A stretch of DNA of 64,000 nucleotides from Patescibacteria group bacterium (GTDB lineage Bacteria; Patescibacteriota; Minisyncoccia; Minisyncoccales; UBA10102), in the NCBI GenBank assembly GCA_024239055.1, contig JANBVJ010000001.1, forward strand, positions 129,277 through 193,276. The letters run 5' to 3'. The notes under the pieces were generated by a model. It worked only from the letters and a program-made list of their open reading frames with translations. It had not been told where the DNA came from and ran no database searches. Each line of letters starts with the position of its first letter. Position 1 is the first letter of the stretch. The position numbers and the translations under genes are program-made. Of this stretch, positions 28,470 through 37,514 are shown in pieces.

Positions 28470-30212
28470 TTATAGTTTATCCTCTATCTCCTTTGAAATC
28501 TTTTTAATAAACTTTTCTTTTGCCATGACTCCCAAGTCACCCTTGCCTCGTTCCCGTACACTTATGGTATTTTGTTTTACTTCTTTTTCACCTAGTACCA
28601 GGATATAGGGGATTTTCTGAAGCTCTCCCTCTCTGATTTTGCGGCCAAGTGTTTCTGATTCATCTTTTACTATAATCCTTAAACCACCAAGTTCAGAGAG
28701 CAGCTCAGTCTTTAATTCTTCTGCTTTTTTGTTGTATGTATCTGAAAGTGGTAGTATCCATATCTGTTCTGGAGACAACCACAGAGGAAAGGCTCCAGTA
28801 TAGTGCTCAATTAAAATACCAATGAAACGTTCAAGAGAGCCGAAAATCGCCTTATGGATGGTTACCGGTGTTTTATCCTTTCCATTACTGTCTGTGTAAG
28901 TAAGCTTAAAGTTCTTTGGTATCTGAAAGTCTGTTTGAATAGTACCTGTTTGCCAGTCGCGACCAAGAGAGTCTTTCATAAGAATATCTATTTTGGGGCC
29001 ATAGAAAGTTCCGTCTCCCTCAGATACAGTGAAGGGTTTCTTGGAAGACTTTAGTATTTCTTTTAATTCTTTTTCTGCCTTATTCCAGGATTTTGCGTCC
29101 CCCATGTATTTTTTAGGCCGTGTTCCAAGACGTAAGGAGTAGGAAAGGTTAAATGCAGAGTAGAATTTCTCTACTAACTCTAAAATGTTTTTATACTCAT
29201 CTTTTACTTGCTCTTCAGTTAAAAAAGTATGTGAATCATCCTGACGAAACTCCCTGACTCGAAAAAGTCCATTAAGAGTTCCTGATCTCTCGTATCTGTG
29301 CAGAATACCAGCATCAGAAAGGCGCAGAGGGAGATCTCTATATGAACGTTTCTCAAAGTCGTAGACAATCATGGCATTAGGGCAGTTCATAGCTTTTAAT
29401 CCATACACTTCATCTTCCTGAGTTGTGCTAACAAACATATTCTCTAAATAATGTTCCCAATGTCCTGATATCTTATATAGAGCATCCTTATTTAAAAGGG
29501 GAGTGGTAATTTCTTGATATCCATTCTTTTCATGTTCTTTCCTCCAGAATGAAATAAGTTCGTTATATAGTTTTAGTCCCTTAGGCAGCCAGTATGGCAT
29601 TCCGGGAGCGGTCTCATGGAAAAAGAATAATCCAAGCTTCTGCCCAAGTTTTCTATGGTCTTTTTTTTCTGCTTGTTTTAGTATGTTTAAGTATTCAGAA
29701 AGCTCTTTTTTCGTTTGAAAGGCTACTCCATATATACGGGTCAACTGCGGACGCTTTTCATCTCCCTTCCAGTAGGCCTTAGCTATACTTGTTAACTTAA
29801 AAGCATCTTTGGCAAGCTCGTTGGTACTTTTTACATGTCCTCCACGACATAAATCCAAGAATAACTCTCCCATATGAACCATACCAACTTTAAAGTCTTT
29901 CTTCTTTGAATCTTTTTTTAGATCTTCAATAAGTTCTACCTTATATAGAGCTTTTTCTTTTTTGAAATGATTTTTCGCCTTTAAATATGGCCAGAGTTGT
30001 TTTTTAAATGGATTATCTTTAGAGATAATCTTTCTCATCTCCTTTTCAATTGCAACAAGGTCTTTATCAATAATTGTTATATTATCAAAGTCATAATAAA
30101 AGCCATTCTCTATGGTAGGGCCAATGCCAAACTTTGCCTTAGGATAGAGGTTTTTTATGGCTGCGGCCAATACGTGCGCAAGTGAGTGTCTAATATGGTC
30201 AATGTCTTCCAT
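28470..30212 (-). CDS. thrS: threonyl-tRNA synthetase lacking the N-terminal TGS region
   Basis: Starts MEDIDHIRHSLAHVLAAA (SAD HxxxH) and carries class II motifs. An extended -10 TGaTAGTAT lies 8 nt upstream of ATG 30212. The ORF-track extension to 30266 is unsupported. Confidence 0.9.
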   Translation of the reverse strand: MEDIDHIRHSLAHVLAAAIKNLYPKAKFGIGPTIENGFYYDFDNITIIDKDLVAIEKEMRKIISKDNPFKKQLWPYLKAKNHFKKEKALYKVELIEDLKKDSKKKDFKVGMVHMGELFLDLCRGGHVKSTNELAKDAFKLTSIAKAYWKGDEKRPQLTRIYGVAFQTKKELSEYLNILKQAEKKDHRKLGQKLGLFFFHETAPGMPYWLPKGLKLYNELISFWRKEHEKNGYQEITTPLLNKDALYKISGHWEHYLENMFVSTTQEDEVYGLKAMNCPNAMIVYDFEKRSYRDLPLRLSDAGILHRYERSGTLNGLFRVREFRQDDSHTFLTEEQVKDEYKNILELVEKFYSAFNLSYSLRLGTRPKKYMGDAKSWNKAEKELKEILKSSKKPFTVSEGDGTFYGPKIDILMKDSLGRDWQTGTIQTDFQIPKNFKLTYTDSNGKDKTPVTIHKAIFGSLERFIGILIEHYTGAFPLWLSPEQIWILPLSDTYNKKAEELKTELLSELGGLRIIVKDESETLGRKIREGELQKIPYILVLGEKEVKQNTISVRERGKGDLGVMAKEKFIKKISKEIEDKL

Positions 30213-30278
30213 ATTTACCAATACTATCATAAGATATCTAAAGAAAAAAGCCCTCAACGAAGGCATTGAATGGAAATT

Positions 30279-33200
30279 TTATCTCGAAATGAGTTCCTCT
30301 ATTTCTTCTGCTACAAACTTTTTCTCTCCGTTTCTTTCGTCCAACCTGCCTGTGACAAGTACAATCTTATTCTCTTGTAATGCTTCTGGGTTTTTCTCAA
30401 TCATTCTTGGGAAGACCACAACCTCAATGCTGTCTGTAAGGTCTTCTAAGTTAAGAAAGAGCATTGGCTTTCCGTTCTTTGTTATTATTCTCTTAGCTGA
30501 AGAGATAATACCACCAATTCTAAGACGTGGCTTGTAGGAACCGTGTTCAAAGGAGTACTTTGGCTTCATTAATTCGTCCCCCCCTGCAATAATTTTTGAT
30601 ATAGAAAGTGTCTGACGTTCCAGAAGGGTCTTTATGCTTTTTAGTGGGTGTGAAGAAACATAAAGCCCGAGAAGTTCTTTTTCCCAGCTGAGACGTTCTG
30701 TCTCCGTTGCCGGTTTTGTTTCCTCAAGCTTCATCTCGGTTTTTGTAATTTCTGTACCTTCGAATAGGCCTCGTTGTCCATTTTCTAATGCCCTTTGTTT
30801 TTCTCTAGACGCTTCCAAAAGACGGTCTACGTTGTGTATGAGTTTATTTCGTTCAGTAAAGTTATCAAATACTCCTGCCTTTATCATACTCTCCATAGCT
30901 TTTCTGTTCATGTCTTTGCTACCAACTCGTGATGTAAAGTCATGAATGGAGGCATAGTTTCCATTAGCCTTTCTTTCCTCAATAATAGCTTCCACCACAC
31001 CTTCCCCTACGTTTTTAATGGCGGCCAACCCAAAACGTATTTTGTTTTGTTTGGGTACAACAGAAAAGAAGCTGAAACTTTCATTAATATCCGGGGCCAG
31101 AACCTCAATCCCCATTTTTCTTGTTTCCTCAATAAGAAATGAAGTACGGTCACTGTCGTTTCTTTCTAATGTTAAGAGCGCTGACATAAACTCCACTGGA
31201 TAATGTGTTTTTAACCATGCTGTCTGATATCCAATAATAGCGTAGGCTGCTGAATGAGCACGGTTAAAACCATAACTTGCAAATGGTTCTATGAATGCAA
31301 AGAGTTGTTTTGCAATTGATTCTTCAATGCCATTAGCTATTATTCCTTTTACGAACTTCTCTCTTTGTTCTTCAAGTAATTCTTTAATTTTCTTTCCAAT
31401 GGCCTTTCTTAATACATCGGCTTCAGAATAGGAAAACCCAGCTAACTCTCGTGCTATCTGGAGTACTTGTTCCTGATAAACAGCAATGCCATAGGTGCTC
31501 TTTAGTATGGGTTCTAACTTCGGGTGGAGATATGTGATTTTTTTCTTTCCGTGTTTTCTTGCAATAAAGTCTGGAATAAATTCCATGGGACCGGGACGAT
31601 ATAGAGCTATCATTGCCATAATATCCTCAAACTTTGTTGGCTTTAACTCTTTTAAGTACCTTCTCATTCCCGCACTCTCCAACTGAAATATTCCTGTACT
31701 GTCACCTTTTTGCAGGATTTCATATACCTTTGGGTCATCATGAGGAAGATTTTCAATATCTATATTCTTTCCTGAAATAGCGTAGATACGCTTTAAGGTA
31801 TCCTCAATAATACTAAGGTTTTTTAGCCCTAAAAAGTCCACTTTCAAGAGTCCAATATCTTCAATACTATGCATTTCATACTGCGTTACAATATTTGTAT
31901 CATTCTGGCTTGGATGCTGGACAGGTACCAAGTTGTCTAAGGGTTCAGGTGAGATTACAACCCCGCAAGCATGAGTGGATGCATGGCGAGCTACTCCTTC
32001 CAGCTTCTTTGCAAGGTCAATTAAGCGCTTTGCCTTTTCATCTGTTTTATATAAGTCTTTAAACTCACTTACCTTAGTTAACGCGTCATCTAAGGAATGG
32101 CCAAAGGGTATCATCTTAGCCACTCGGTCGCAGTAACCGTATTCGTATTCAAGGGCACGTCCTACATCTCGTATGACGGCTCGGGCCGCCATTGTTCCAA
32201 AGGTAATAATCTGAGCTACATGATCTTTCCCATACTTTTTGGCGACATATTCAATAACCTCGTCTCGCCGTGAGTCTGCAAAGTCAATGTCAAAGTCAGG
32301 CATCTCGTTTCTGTCTTTATTTAAAAATCTTTCAAAAACAAGGTTATATCTTAGAGGATTTACATTTGTAATATTCAATACATACGCTACCAAAGAGCTT
32401 CCAGCTGACCCTCTTCCAGGTCCTACCACGATACGTTGAGATTTAGCCCAGTTTACAAAGTCCTGGACAATGAGAAAGTATGGAGCAAATCCGGTTTGCG
32501 CAATAACATCTAACTCATGCTCTAACCTGTCTGTAGCTTCCTTTGAGTCAACTAATTCAGATTTTTTCTTTAATCCCTCAATGCAAAGCTGCTTTAGATA
32601 TTTATCAGCTGTTATATTTTCAGGAAGAGGAAAGACAGGAAGACGGTTTTTACCAAGTGTAATTTCAAGATTGCACTTTTCGGCAATTATTTGGGTATTT
32701 GCGATGCTTTCCGGTATATCTTTGAAGAGTTCCACCATATCTTCTGAAGACTTTAATGAGAAGTCATTTTCTTTTAAGGTGAGACGTTCTGGATCATTTG
32801 ACTTGGCTCCTGTATTTATCAGCATTAAGATATCCTGGGCTTCTGCGTCCTCAGGTCTTAAGTAATGTGAGTCAGCTGTTGCAACAACTGGAATGCCGGT
32901 CTTCTTTGATATTGCTAATAACCCATCTGTTACTTTCTTCTGTTGCGGAAGATTTTCATGACGCTGCAACTCTAAATAAAAGTTTCCTTTACCGAACATA
33001 TCCTCATACTTTTTAGAGAGTGCTTCTGCCTCTTCCATTTTATTGGCATGAATAAGACGGGGGATTTTCCCTGACAAGCAGGCAGATAGAGCAATAAGGC
33101 CTTTTGAGTGTTTTGCTAATAGTTCTTCATCTACCCGGGGTTTATAATAAAAGCCCTCAAGGTGCGCTTTCGTGAGAAGTTTGACAAGGTTACGGTATCC

Positions 33201-33494
33201 TTCCTCATTCTTTATTAAGAGAATCATATGGTATCTTACGTCGTCTATTCCAGGCTGCATGTCTGTCATCTTGCCAACTGAGATATAAATCTCAGCTCCT
33301 ATAATAGATTTGATACCTTGTTTCTTAGCTTTCTTGTAAAACTCTATTGCTCCGTATATATTTCCATGGTCGGTAATGGCAAGAGAATCCATTTTTAGTT
33401 CTCTGACGCGTTCCAAAAGCTGGTCAATTTTTGGAAGACCATCTAAAAGAGAGTAATGGGAGTGCACGTGCAGGTGCGTAAACTTTGGTGTCAT
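30279..33494 (-). CDS. dnaE: DNA polymerase III alpha subunit
   Basis: PHP domain HLHVHSHYSLLDG, palm/fingers motifs, OB fold near the C-terminus; 1071 aa. Confidence 0.96.
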   Translation of the reverse strand: MTPKFTHLHVHSHYSLLDGLPKIDQLLERVRELKMDSLAITDHGNIYGAIEFYKKAKKQGIKSIIGAEIYISVGKMTDMQPGIDDVRYHMILLIKNEEGYRNLVKLLTKAHLEGFYYKPRVDEELLAKHSKGLIALSACLSGKIPRLIHANKMEEAEALSKKYEDMFGKGNFYLELQRHENLPQQKKVTDGLLAISKKTGIPVVATADSHYLRPEDAEAQDILMLINTGAKSNDPERLTLKENDFSLKSSEDMVELFKDIPESIANTQIIAEKCNLEITLGKNRLPVFPLPENITADKYLKQLCIEGLKKKSELVDSKEATDRLEHELDVIAQTGFAPYFLIVQDFVNWAKSQRIVVGPGRGSAGSSLVAYVLNITNVNPLRYNLVFERFLNKDRNEMPDFDIDFADSRRDEVIEYVAKKYGKDHVAQIITFGTMAARAVIRDVGRALEYEYGYCDRVAKMIPFGHSLDDALTKVSEFKDLYKTDEKAKRLIDLAKKLEGVARHASTHACGVVISPEPLDNLVPVQHPSQNDTNIVTQYEMHSIEDIGLLKVDFLGLKNLSIIEDTLKRIYAISGKNIDIENLPHDDPKVYEILQKGDSTGIFQLESAGMRRYLKELKPTKFEDIMAMIALYRPGPMEFIPDFIARKHGKKKITYLHPKLEPILKSTYGIAVYQEQVLQIARELAGFSYSEADVLRKAIGKKIKELLEEQREKFVKGIIANGIEESIAKQLFAFIEPFASYGFNRAHSAAYAIIGYQTAWLKTHYPVEFMSALLTLERNDSDRTSFLIEETRKMGIEVLAPDINESFSFFSVVPKQNKIRFGLAAIKNVGEGVVEAIIEERKANGNYASIHDFTSRVGSKDMNRKAMESMIKAGVFDNFTERNKLIHNVDRLLEASREKQRALENGQRGLFEGTEITKTEMKLEETKPATETERLSWEKELLGLYVSSHPLKSIKTLLERQTLSISKIIAGGDELMKPKYSFEHGSYKPRLRIGGIISSAKRIITKNGKPMLFLNLEDLTDSIEVVVFPRMIEKNPEALQENKIVLVTGRLDERNGEKKFVAEEIEELISR

Positions 33495-33547
33495 TGTATA
33501 ATTGTAGCTGATTTATTGAGGAAGGCAAAGCATGATATAATTTTAGC

Positions 33548-34165
33548 ATGAGATTAACTAAAGAGCTGCGGCTCTGGAAAAAAGGATATACAGGAGTTGT
33601 TGGAATAGACGAAGTCGGAAGGGGGCCCTTTGCCGGACCCGTGGTTGCCGTTGCCCTTATGGTGTATCCAGAATCCAAGAAAAAGATTGCAACTGCTTTT
33701 AGGGGACTAGCTGATTCAAAAAAGTTAAGTGAAAGAAAAAGAGAATATTTTTTTAAGTTGGCTTTTGAGCATTCAGGGATTGAGTGGGGGATTGGAAAGT
33801 CTTCTGAAAAGAAGATAGACAAGATGAATATCCTTGAGAGTACAAAGAGAGCTATGGAAAAGGCAGTTGTAGCGCTCAACAAAAAGAAGAAGATAGATTA
33901 TTTGTTATTGGATGGAAACTTTTCTATTGTCTCTACACTTCAACAAGAAAGTGTTATTCGCGGGGATGAGAAGATATTCTCATGCGCTCTTGCATCTGTG
34001 ATAGCTAAGGTGACCAGAGATAAAATGATGGTTAAATATCATCAACACTACCCTAAATATCGCTTTGATAGAAATAAGGGATATGGAACTGCTTTTCATC
34101 GTCTTGTGATTAAAAAACACGGACTCTGTCCAATTCACCGCAAGAGTTTTCGTATCAAGACTTGA
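33548..34165 (+). CDS. rnhB: ribonuclease HII
   Basis: GIDEVGRGPFAGPVVAVAL and LLDGN. TATAAT (33536-33541) lies 6 nt before the ATG. Confidence 0.92.
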   Translation: MRLTKELRLWKKGYTGVVGIDEVGRGPFAGPVVAVALMVYPESKKKIATAFRGLADSKKLSERKREYFFKLAFEHSGIEWGIGKSSEKKIDKMNILESTKRAMEKAVVALNKKKKIDYLLLDGNFSIVSTLQQESVIRGDEKIFSCALASVIAKVTRDKMMVKYHQHYPKYRFDRNKGYGTAFHRLVIKKHGLCPIHRKSFRIKT

Positions 34166-34199
34166 AAGAAGTAAATATTTATGGTATATAAAAGAAGAT

Positions 34200-34484
34200 A
34201 TGGCTGTACCAAAACAACATAGATCAAAGTCCAGACAAGGACAGAGAAGAATGCACATTCACTTAAATGAGGTTAAAAGCAATGTTTGCCCAAAGTGCGG
34301 AAAGGCAGTGCTACCTCATATTGTATGTAAAGAGTGTGGCTTTTATCGTGGAAAGGAGGTATTGAATGTTTTGGAAAAGTTAGATAAGAAAGAGCGTAAA
34401 GCAAAAGAAAAAGAGATGAAAGAACAGGGTACTCAAGAGCCGACAGGGGAGGTATCAGCAGAACAACTCTCAAGAAAATCATAA
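34200..34484 (+). CDS. rpmF: 50S ribosomal protein L32 with a K/E-rich C-terminal extension
   Basis: MAVPKQHRSKSRQGQRR..CPKCGKAVLPHIVCKECGFY. Confidence 0.9.
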   Translation: MAVPKQHRSKSRQGQRRMHIHLNEVKSNVCPKCGKAVLPHIVCKECGFYRGKEVLNVLEKLDKKERKAKEKEMKEQGTQEPTGEVSAEQLSRKS

Positions 34485-34487
34485 TCT

Positions 34488-34922
34488 ATGGCATCTCGGC
34501 ACCTTTCACGTTCAATAGCAATGCAGTCTCTCTATGAGTGGGATTTTGCAGGTAAACAAGGTAATCTTAAAAAGATAATAGACAGGAATCTTGATGAGTT
34601 TGGACCAGGTCTTGAAGATAAAAAGTTTGCTCATACTTTAGTTGCAGGAGTTATAGATAATATTGCCCAACTTGACAAGATTATTGAAAAGGCGGCTCCG
34701 GAGTGGCCTATCGACCAAATTACTATTGTAGATAGGAATGTTCTGAGACTTGGATTATATGAACTCTTGTACGCAGACAAAGATGAGGTTCCACCTAAGG
34801 TTGCCATTAACGAGGCAATTGAACTGGCAAAGAACTTTTCTGGAGAGTCATCTGGAAAGTTTGTGAATGGAGTATTAGGAACAGTATTTCGAGAATTGGG
34901 AGGAGAAAATACAAAAAAATGA
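34488..34922 (+). CDS. nusB: transcription antitermination factor NusB
   Basis: [13 protein letters not shown].., [23 protein letters not shown]. Confidence 0.9.
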   Translation: MASRHLSRSIAMQSLYEWDFAGKQGNLKKIIDRNLDEFGPGLEDKKFAHTLVAGVIDNIAQLDKIIEKAAPEWPIDQITIVDRNVLRLGLYELLYADKDEVPPKVAINEAIELAKNFSGESSGKFVNGVLGTVFRELGGENTKK

Positions 34923-35608
34923 AAGACTTAAAAGAATTAGAGAAAAAACTTAAGATTAAATTTAAGAATAAGGATCTGTTGACCCAGGCTTTTGTACATC
35001 GTTCTTATTTAAACGAAAATCCCGAGTTTGCACTTTCAAATAATGAACGTTTAGAATTTCTGGGGGATGCGGTTTTGGAACTTGTAGTTACCAAAGAACT
35101 TTTTAAAAAGTATCCAGATAAGTCAGAAGGTGATCTTACTGCCTGGCGTGCATCTTTAGTAAATGCAAAGATGTTGGTGACTATGGCAAATGAGATGAAT
35201 TTCTCTTCTTTTCTATTGCTTTCTCGTGGAGAGAAAAAAGAACAAGGAAAGGGACGCGACTATATTTTAGCTAATACCTTTGAGGCCTTTATAGGAGCCA
35301 TATATCTAGATCAAGGTTTAAAGACTGCAGAAAAGCTCATTATTGAGCATTTAATGCCAAAGCTTCCTGATATTATAGATAATGGACTGTTTATGGATGG
35401 AAAGTCCACCTTTCAAGAAAAAGCTCAGGAAAAGGTGCAGATTACCCCAACCTATAAGGTTTTGAAAGAATGGGGACCAGACCACGCAAGACATTTTACA
35501 ATAGGGGTATTCTTAAATAAAGAAAAAGCAGGGGAAGGAGAAGGTTCTTCCAAACAAGAGGCTGAAGTCAAGGCCGCAGAAAACGCAATAAAAGAAAAAG
35601 GATGGTAA
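34919..35608 (+). CDS. rnc: ribonuclease III
   Basis: [16 protein letters not shown] signature plus a C-terminal dsRBD. Confidence 0.94.
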   Translation: MKDLKELEKKLKIKFKNKDLLTQAFVHRSYLNENPEFALSNNERLEFLGDAVLELVVTKELFKKYPDKSEGDLTAWRASLVNAKMLVTMANEMNFSSFLLLSRGEKKEQGKGRDYILANTFEAFIGAIYLDQGLKTAEKLIIEHLMPKLPDIIDNGLFMDGKSTFQEKAQEKVQITPTYKVLKEWGPDHARHFTIGVFLNKEKAGEGEGSSKQEAEVKAAENAIKEKGW

Positions 35609-35612
35609 TACT

Positions 35613-36110
35613 ATGTTAATGATAAGATTATTTAGAACGGGAAGAAAGAATCAACCCTCATATAAGGTAGTAGTGACAGAGAAAACTAATGCTTCAGCTC
35701 GTGGAAGGTTTGTTGAGGAGGTTGGATTTTACAATCCACTTACAAAAGATAAAAAGTTTAATGCAGAACGTATTAAGTACTGGATTTCTGTAGGAGCTCA
35801 ACCCTCAGATACGATTCACAATATGCTAGTGAAGGAAAAGATTATTGAGGCAGCTTTGATTCCAAAACATGGAAAGGCAAAGAAGAAAAAAGAGGAGGAA
35901 TCAGTAGCCCAGACTCCTGAACAACCAAAAGAAGAGAGTGAAGTAAAGATAGAGAAGGCACCGGCAACAGAAGAAAAGAAAGCAGAACCAGAAATTAAAG
36001 AAAAGGTTCCAGAAGCTGAAAAACCAGCAGAGGAACCAATACCAGAACCAGAGGCAAAAGAAGAATCTAAGGCAGAGGAACCTCCAAAAGAAGAAAAGAC
36101 AGAAGAATAA
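35613..36110 (+). CDS. rpsP: 30S ribosomal protein S16 with an about 80-aa K/E/P-rich tail
   Basis: MIRLFRTGRKNQPSYKVVV..FYNPL.., followed by a low-complexity PEAEKPAEEP tail. Confidence 0.92.
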   Translation: MLMIRLFRTGRKNQPSYKVVVTEKTNASARGRFVEEVGFYNPLTKDKKFNAERIKYWISVGAQPSDTIHNMLVKEKIIEAALIPKHGKAKKKKEEESVAQTPEQPKEESEVKIEKAPATEEKKAEPEIKEKVPEAEKPAEEPIPEPEAKEESKAEEPPKEEKTEE

Positions 36111-36120
36111 AATAATACAG

Positions 36121-36147
36121 CCCGCCGTCATGGCGGGTTTTGGTTTG
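36121..36147 (+). terminator. intrinsic terminator after rpsP
   Basis: CCCGCC-GTCAT-GGCGGG followed by TTTTGGTTT. Confidence 0.65.
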
Positions 36148-36229
36148 GCTCTTGACAAATAAATAATTGTATGTTAGCATATAATTATTGAGACTTCCTC
36201 ATTGCCGGTCTATTCAGAAGGGGAATGTA

Positions 36230-36442
36230 ATGGCCAGCTCTTCTAGCACAAATAACGTCACACGCAAGTTCATAGTAAGCGCGAAAGCGAATGAAGTACC
36301 ATCAGATACTGAGATTCTCCGCGCAGAACTTCTTGCAATATCATGGGTTGAAACAGTAGTAACTCTCCCAGGTGGATTTGCCGGTTTTTCAGCTGATGGA
36401 AATCTAGATCTTGTTGTGAAGACGGGGTCATTGGATGACTAG
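36230..36442 (+). CDS. hypothetical 70-aa protein; higher-GC islet gene
   Basis: ATG at 36230 after GAAGGGG: MASSSSTNNVTRKFIVSAKANEVPSDTEILRAELLAISWVETVVTLPGGFAGFSADGNLDLVVKTGSLDD. TTGACA at 36152. Confidence 0.45.
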   Translation: MASSSSTNNVTRKFIVSAKANEVPSDTEILRAELLAISWVETVVTLPGGFAGFSADGNLDLVVKTGSLDD

Positions 36443-36492
36443 TAGGAAGGTTTGAGCGATGAAGATATATTTAATTAATCTGTCACTCAAAC

Positions 36493-36538
36493 CCAATCAC
36501 TTGAGTATATAATATAGATTGTATTTTCAAGTGATTGG
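36493..36538. repeat. perfect 12-bp inverted repeat CCAATCACTTGA / TCAAGTGATTGG enclosing a TATAAT-containing 22-nt spacer
   Basis: Read directly from the sequence. It lies 34 nt upstream of the 36572 ORF. The ATCACTTG core recurs at 36901. Confidence 0.8.
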
Positions 36539-36571
36539 AACGCAAATTAACAATTCAAGGGGAGGGGACTT

Positions 36572-36853
36572 ATGTCCTTTATTATTATTGGGATTATTGC
36601 TTACTTTATAGTAGGTATAATCCTCGAAATTCTTCAATATTTTCACATTCCGTGGATTTTCCGACCAAAACGAGGATGGAAATTATTAAGGGATTTCTTA
36701 CTTGGCATTTCATTGTGGCCTTTAACGGCTATTGGTATGGCAATTTTTATGCTCAGGGGAAAGAATCCCTGGGTCGGAAAAAACATGATGGTAAGTATAA
36801 AAGAGACTATCCACCATGGAGATGGCACCACAACTGAAACCAGTTGGCCATAA
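36572..36853 (+). CDS. hypothetical 93-aa membrane protein
   Basis: Very strong SD GGGGAGGGG 5 nt before the ATG, and two hydrophobic helices (FIIIGIIAYFIVGIILEIL; LLGISLWPLTAIGMAIFML). I prefer it to the overlapping 36535 frame. Confidence 0.55.
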   Translation: MSFIIIGIIAYFIVGIILEILQYFHIPWIFRPKRGWKLLRDFLLGISLWPLTAIGMAIFMLRGKNPWVGKNMMVSIKETIHHGDGTTTETSWP

Positions 36854-36983
36854 AATTCTAGCTAGTAGAATAACAAAAAAAGAGGAAGTCAATTAGCTAT
36901 CACTTGTGATATGACTTCCTCCTATACTTGAGTTCATAACAATAGTTATGAATTGAAATATAGGAATATTAAAATTAGATATA

Positions 36984-37017
36984 GGGGAGCCTTAATATGG
37001 CTCTCCTTTGGGTTTTC
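36984..37017 (+). terminator. intrinsic terminator closing the inserted segment
   Basis: GGGGAGCC-TTAATAT-GGCTCTCC followed by TTTGGGTTTT. Two further hairpins lie at 36882-36921 and 36933-36952. Confidence 0.55.
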
Positions 37018-37018
37018 C

Positions 37019-37047
37019 TTGACATATCTGTATTACATCACTAAAAT
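37019..37047 (+). promoter_or_regulatory. promoter of the KH-protein/trmD unit
   Basis: TTGACA, 17 nt, TAAAAT. Confidence 0.55.
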
Positions 37048-37106
37048 ATATAGCATCTAGTAATCAGAAAAGGTCGTAAAAGAAAAACATATCTGAATAT
37101 ACAGTC

Positions 37107-37454
37107 ATGGCAGAAAAAGATCAGGAACTTTTAGAGTTCATCGTAAAAGCTTTAGTGGATAGCCCAGATAAAGTACAGGTGAAACGTTCAGTTGACGAAA
37201 TGGGCACACTTCTTAGCTTAACAGTAGATGCGGCAGATATGGGTCAGATTATCGGTCGAGACGGTTCAACCGCTCGAGCCATTCGAACCCTTATTCGCAT
37301 CATTGGTTTAAAAAACCATGCCAGAGTGAACCTCAAGATTGAGGAGCCCGAGGGAGGACGCAGAGCACCGGCATCTGAAAAGACAGAAGAGAAACCAGCT
37401 GAAGCTCCAAAGGAGGAAGAAAAGAAAGACTCTTTGGAAGATTTGAAGCTCTAG
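37107..37454 (+). CDS. KH-domain RNA-binding protein (YlqC/UPF0109-like) with a K/E-rich tail
   Basis: LVDSPDKVQVKRSVDEMGTLLSLTVDAADMGQIIGRDGSTARAIRTLIR. It occupies the classic position between rpsP and trmD. Confidence 0.88.
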   Translation: MAEKDQELLEFIVKALVDSPDKVQVKRSVDEMGTLLSLTVDAADMGQIIGRDGSTARAIRTLIRIIGLKNHARVNLKIEEPEGGRRAPASEKTEEKPAEAPKEEEKKDSLEDLKL

Positions 37455-37476
37455 GTTTTATTGAGAAAACAGGAGA

Positions 37477-37514
37477 ACGGTGCTACATTACATCTGTAGT
37501 CCGTTTTCTTTTTT
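37477..37514 (+). terminator. strong hairpin plus U-run ending exactly at the trmD start codon (terminator or attenuator)
   Basis: AACGGTGCTACA-TTACATC-TGTAGTCCGTT followed by TTCTTTTTT, with the ATG at 37515. Confidence 0.5.

Noticed and set aside
36535-36837. 100-aa ORF overlapping the 36572 ORF in another frame
   Set aside because: It has no SD, and its peptide is Tyr/Trp/Arg-rich and non-membrane. The 36572 frame has a GGGGAGGGG SD and clean TM helices.
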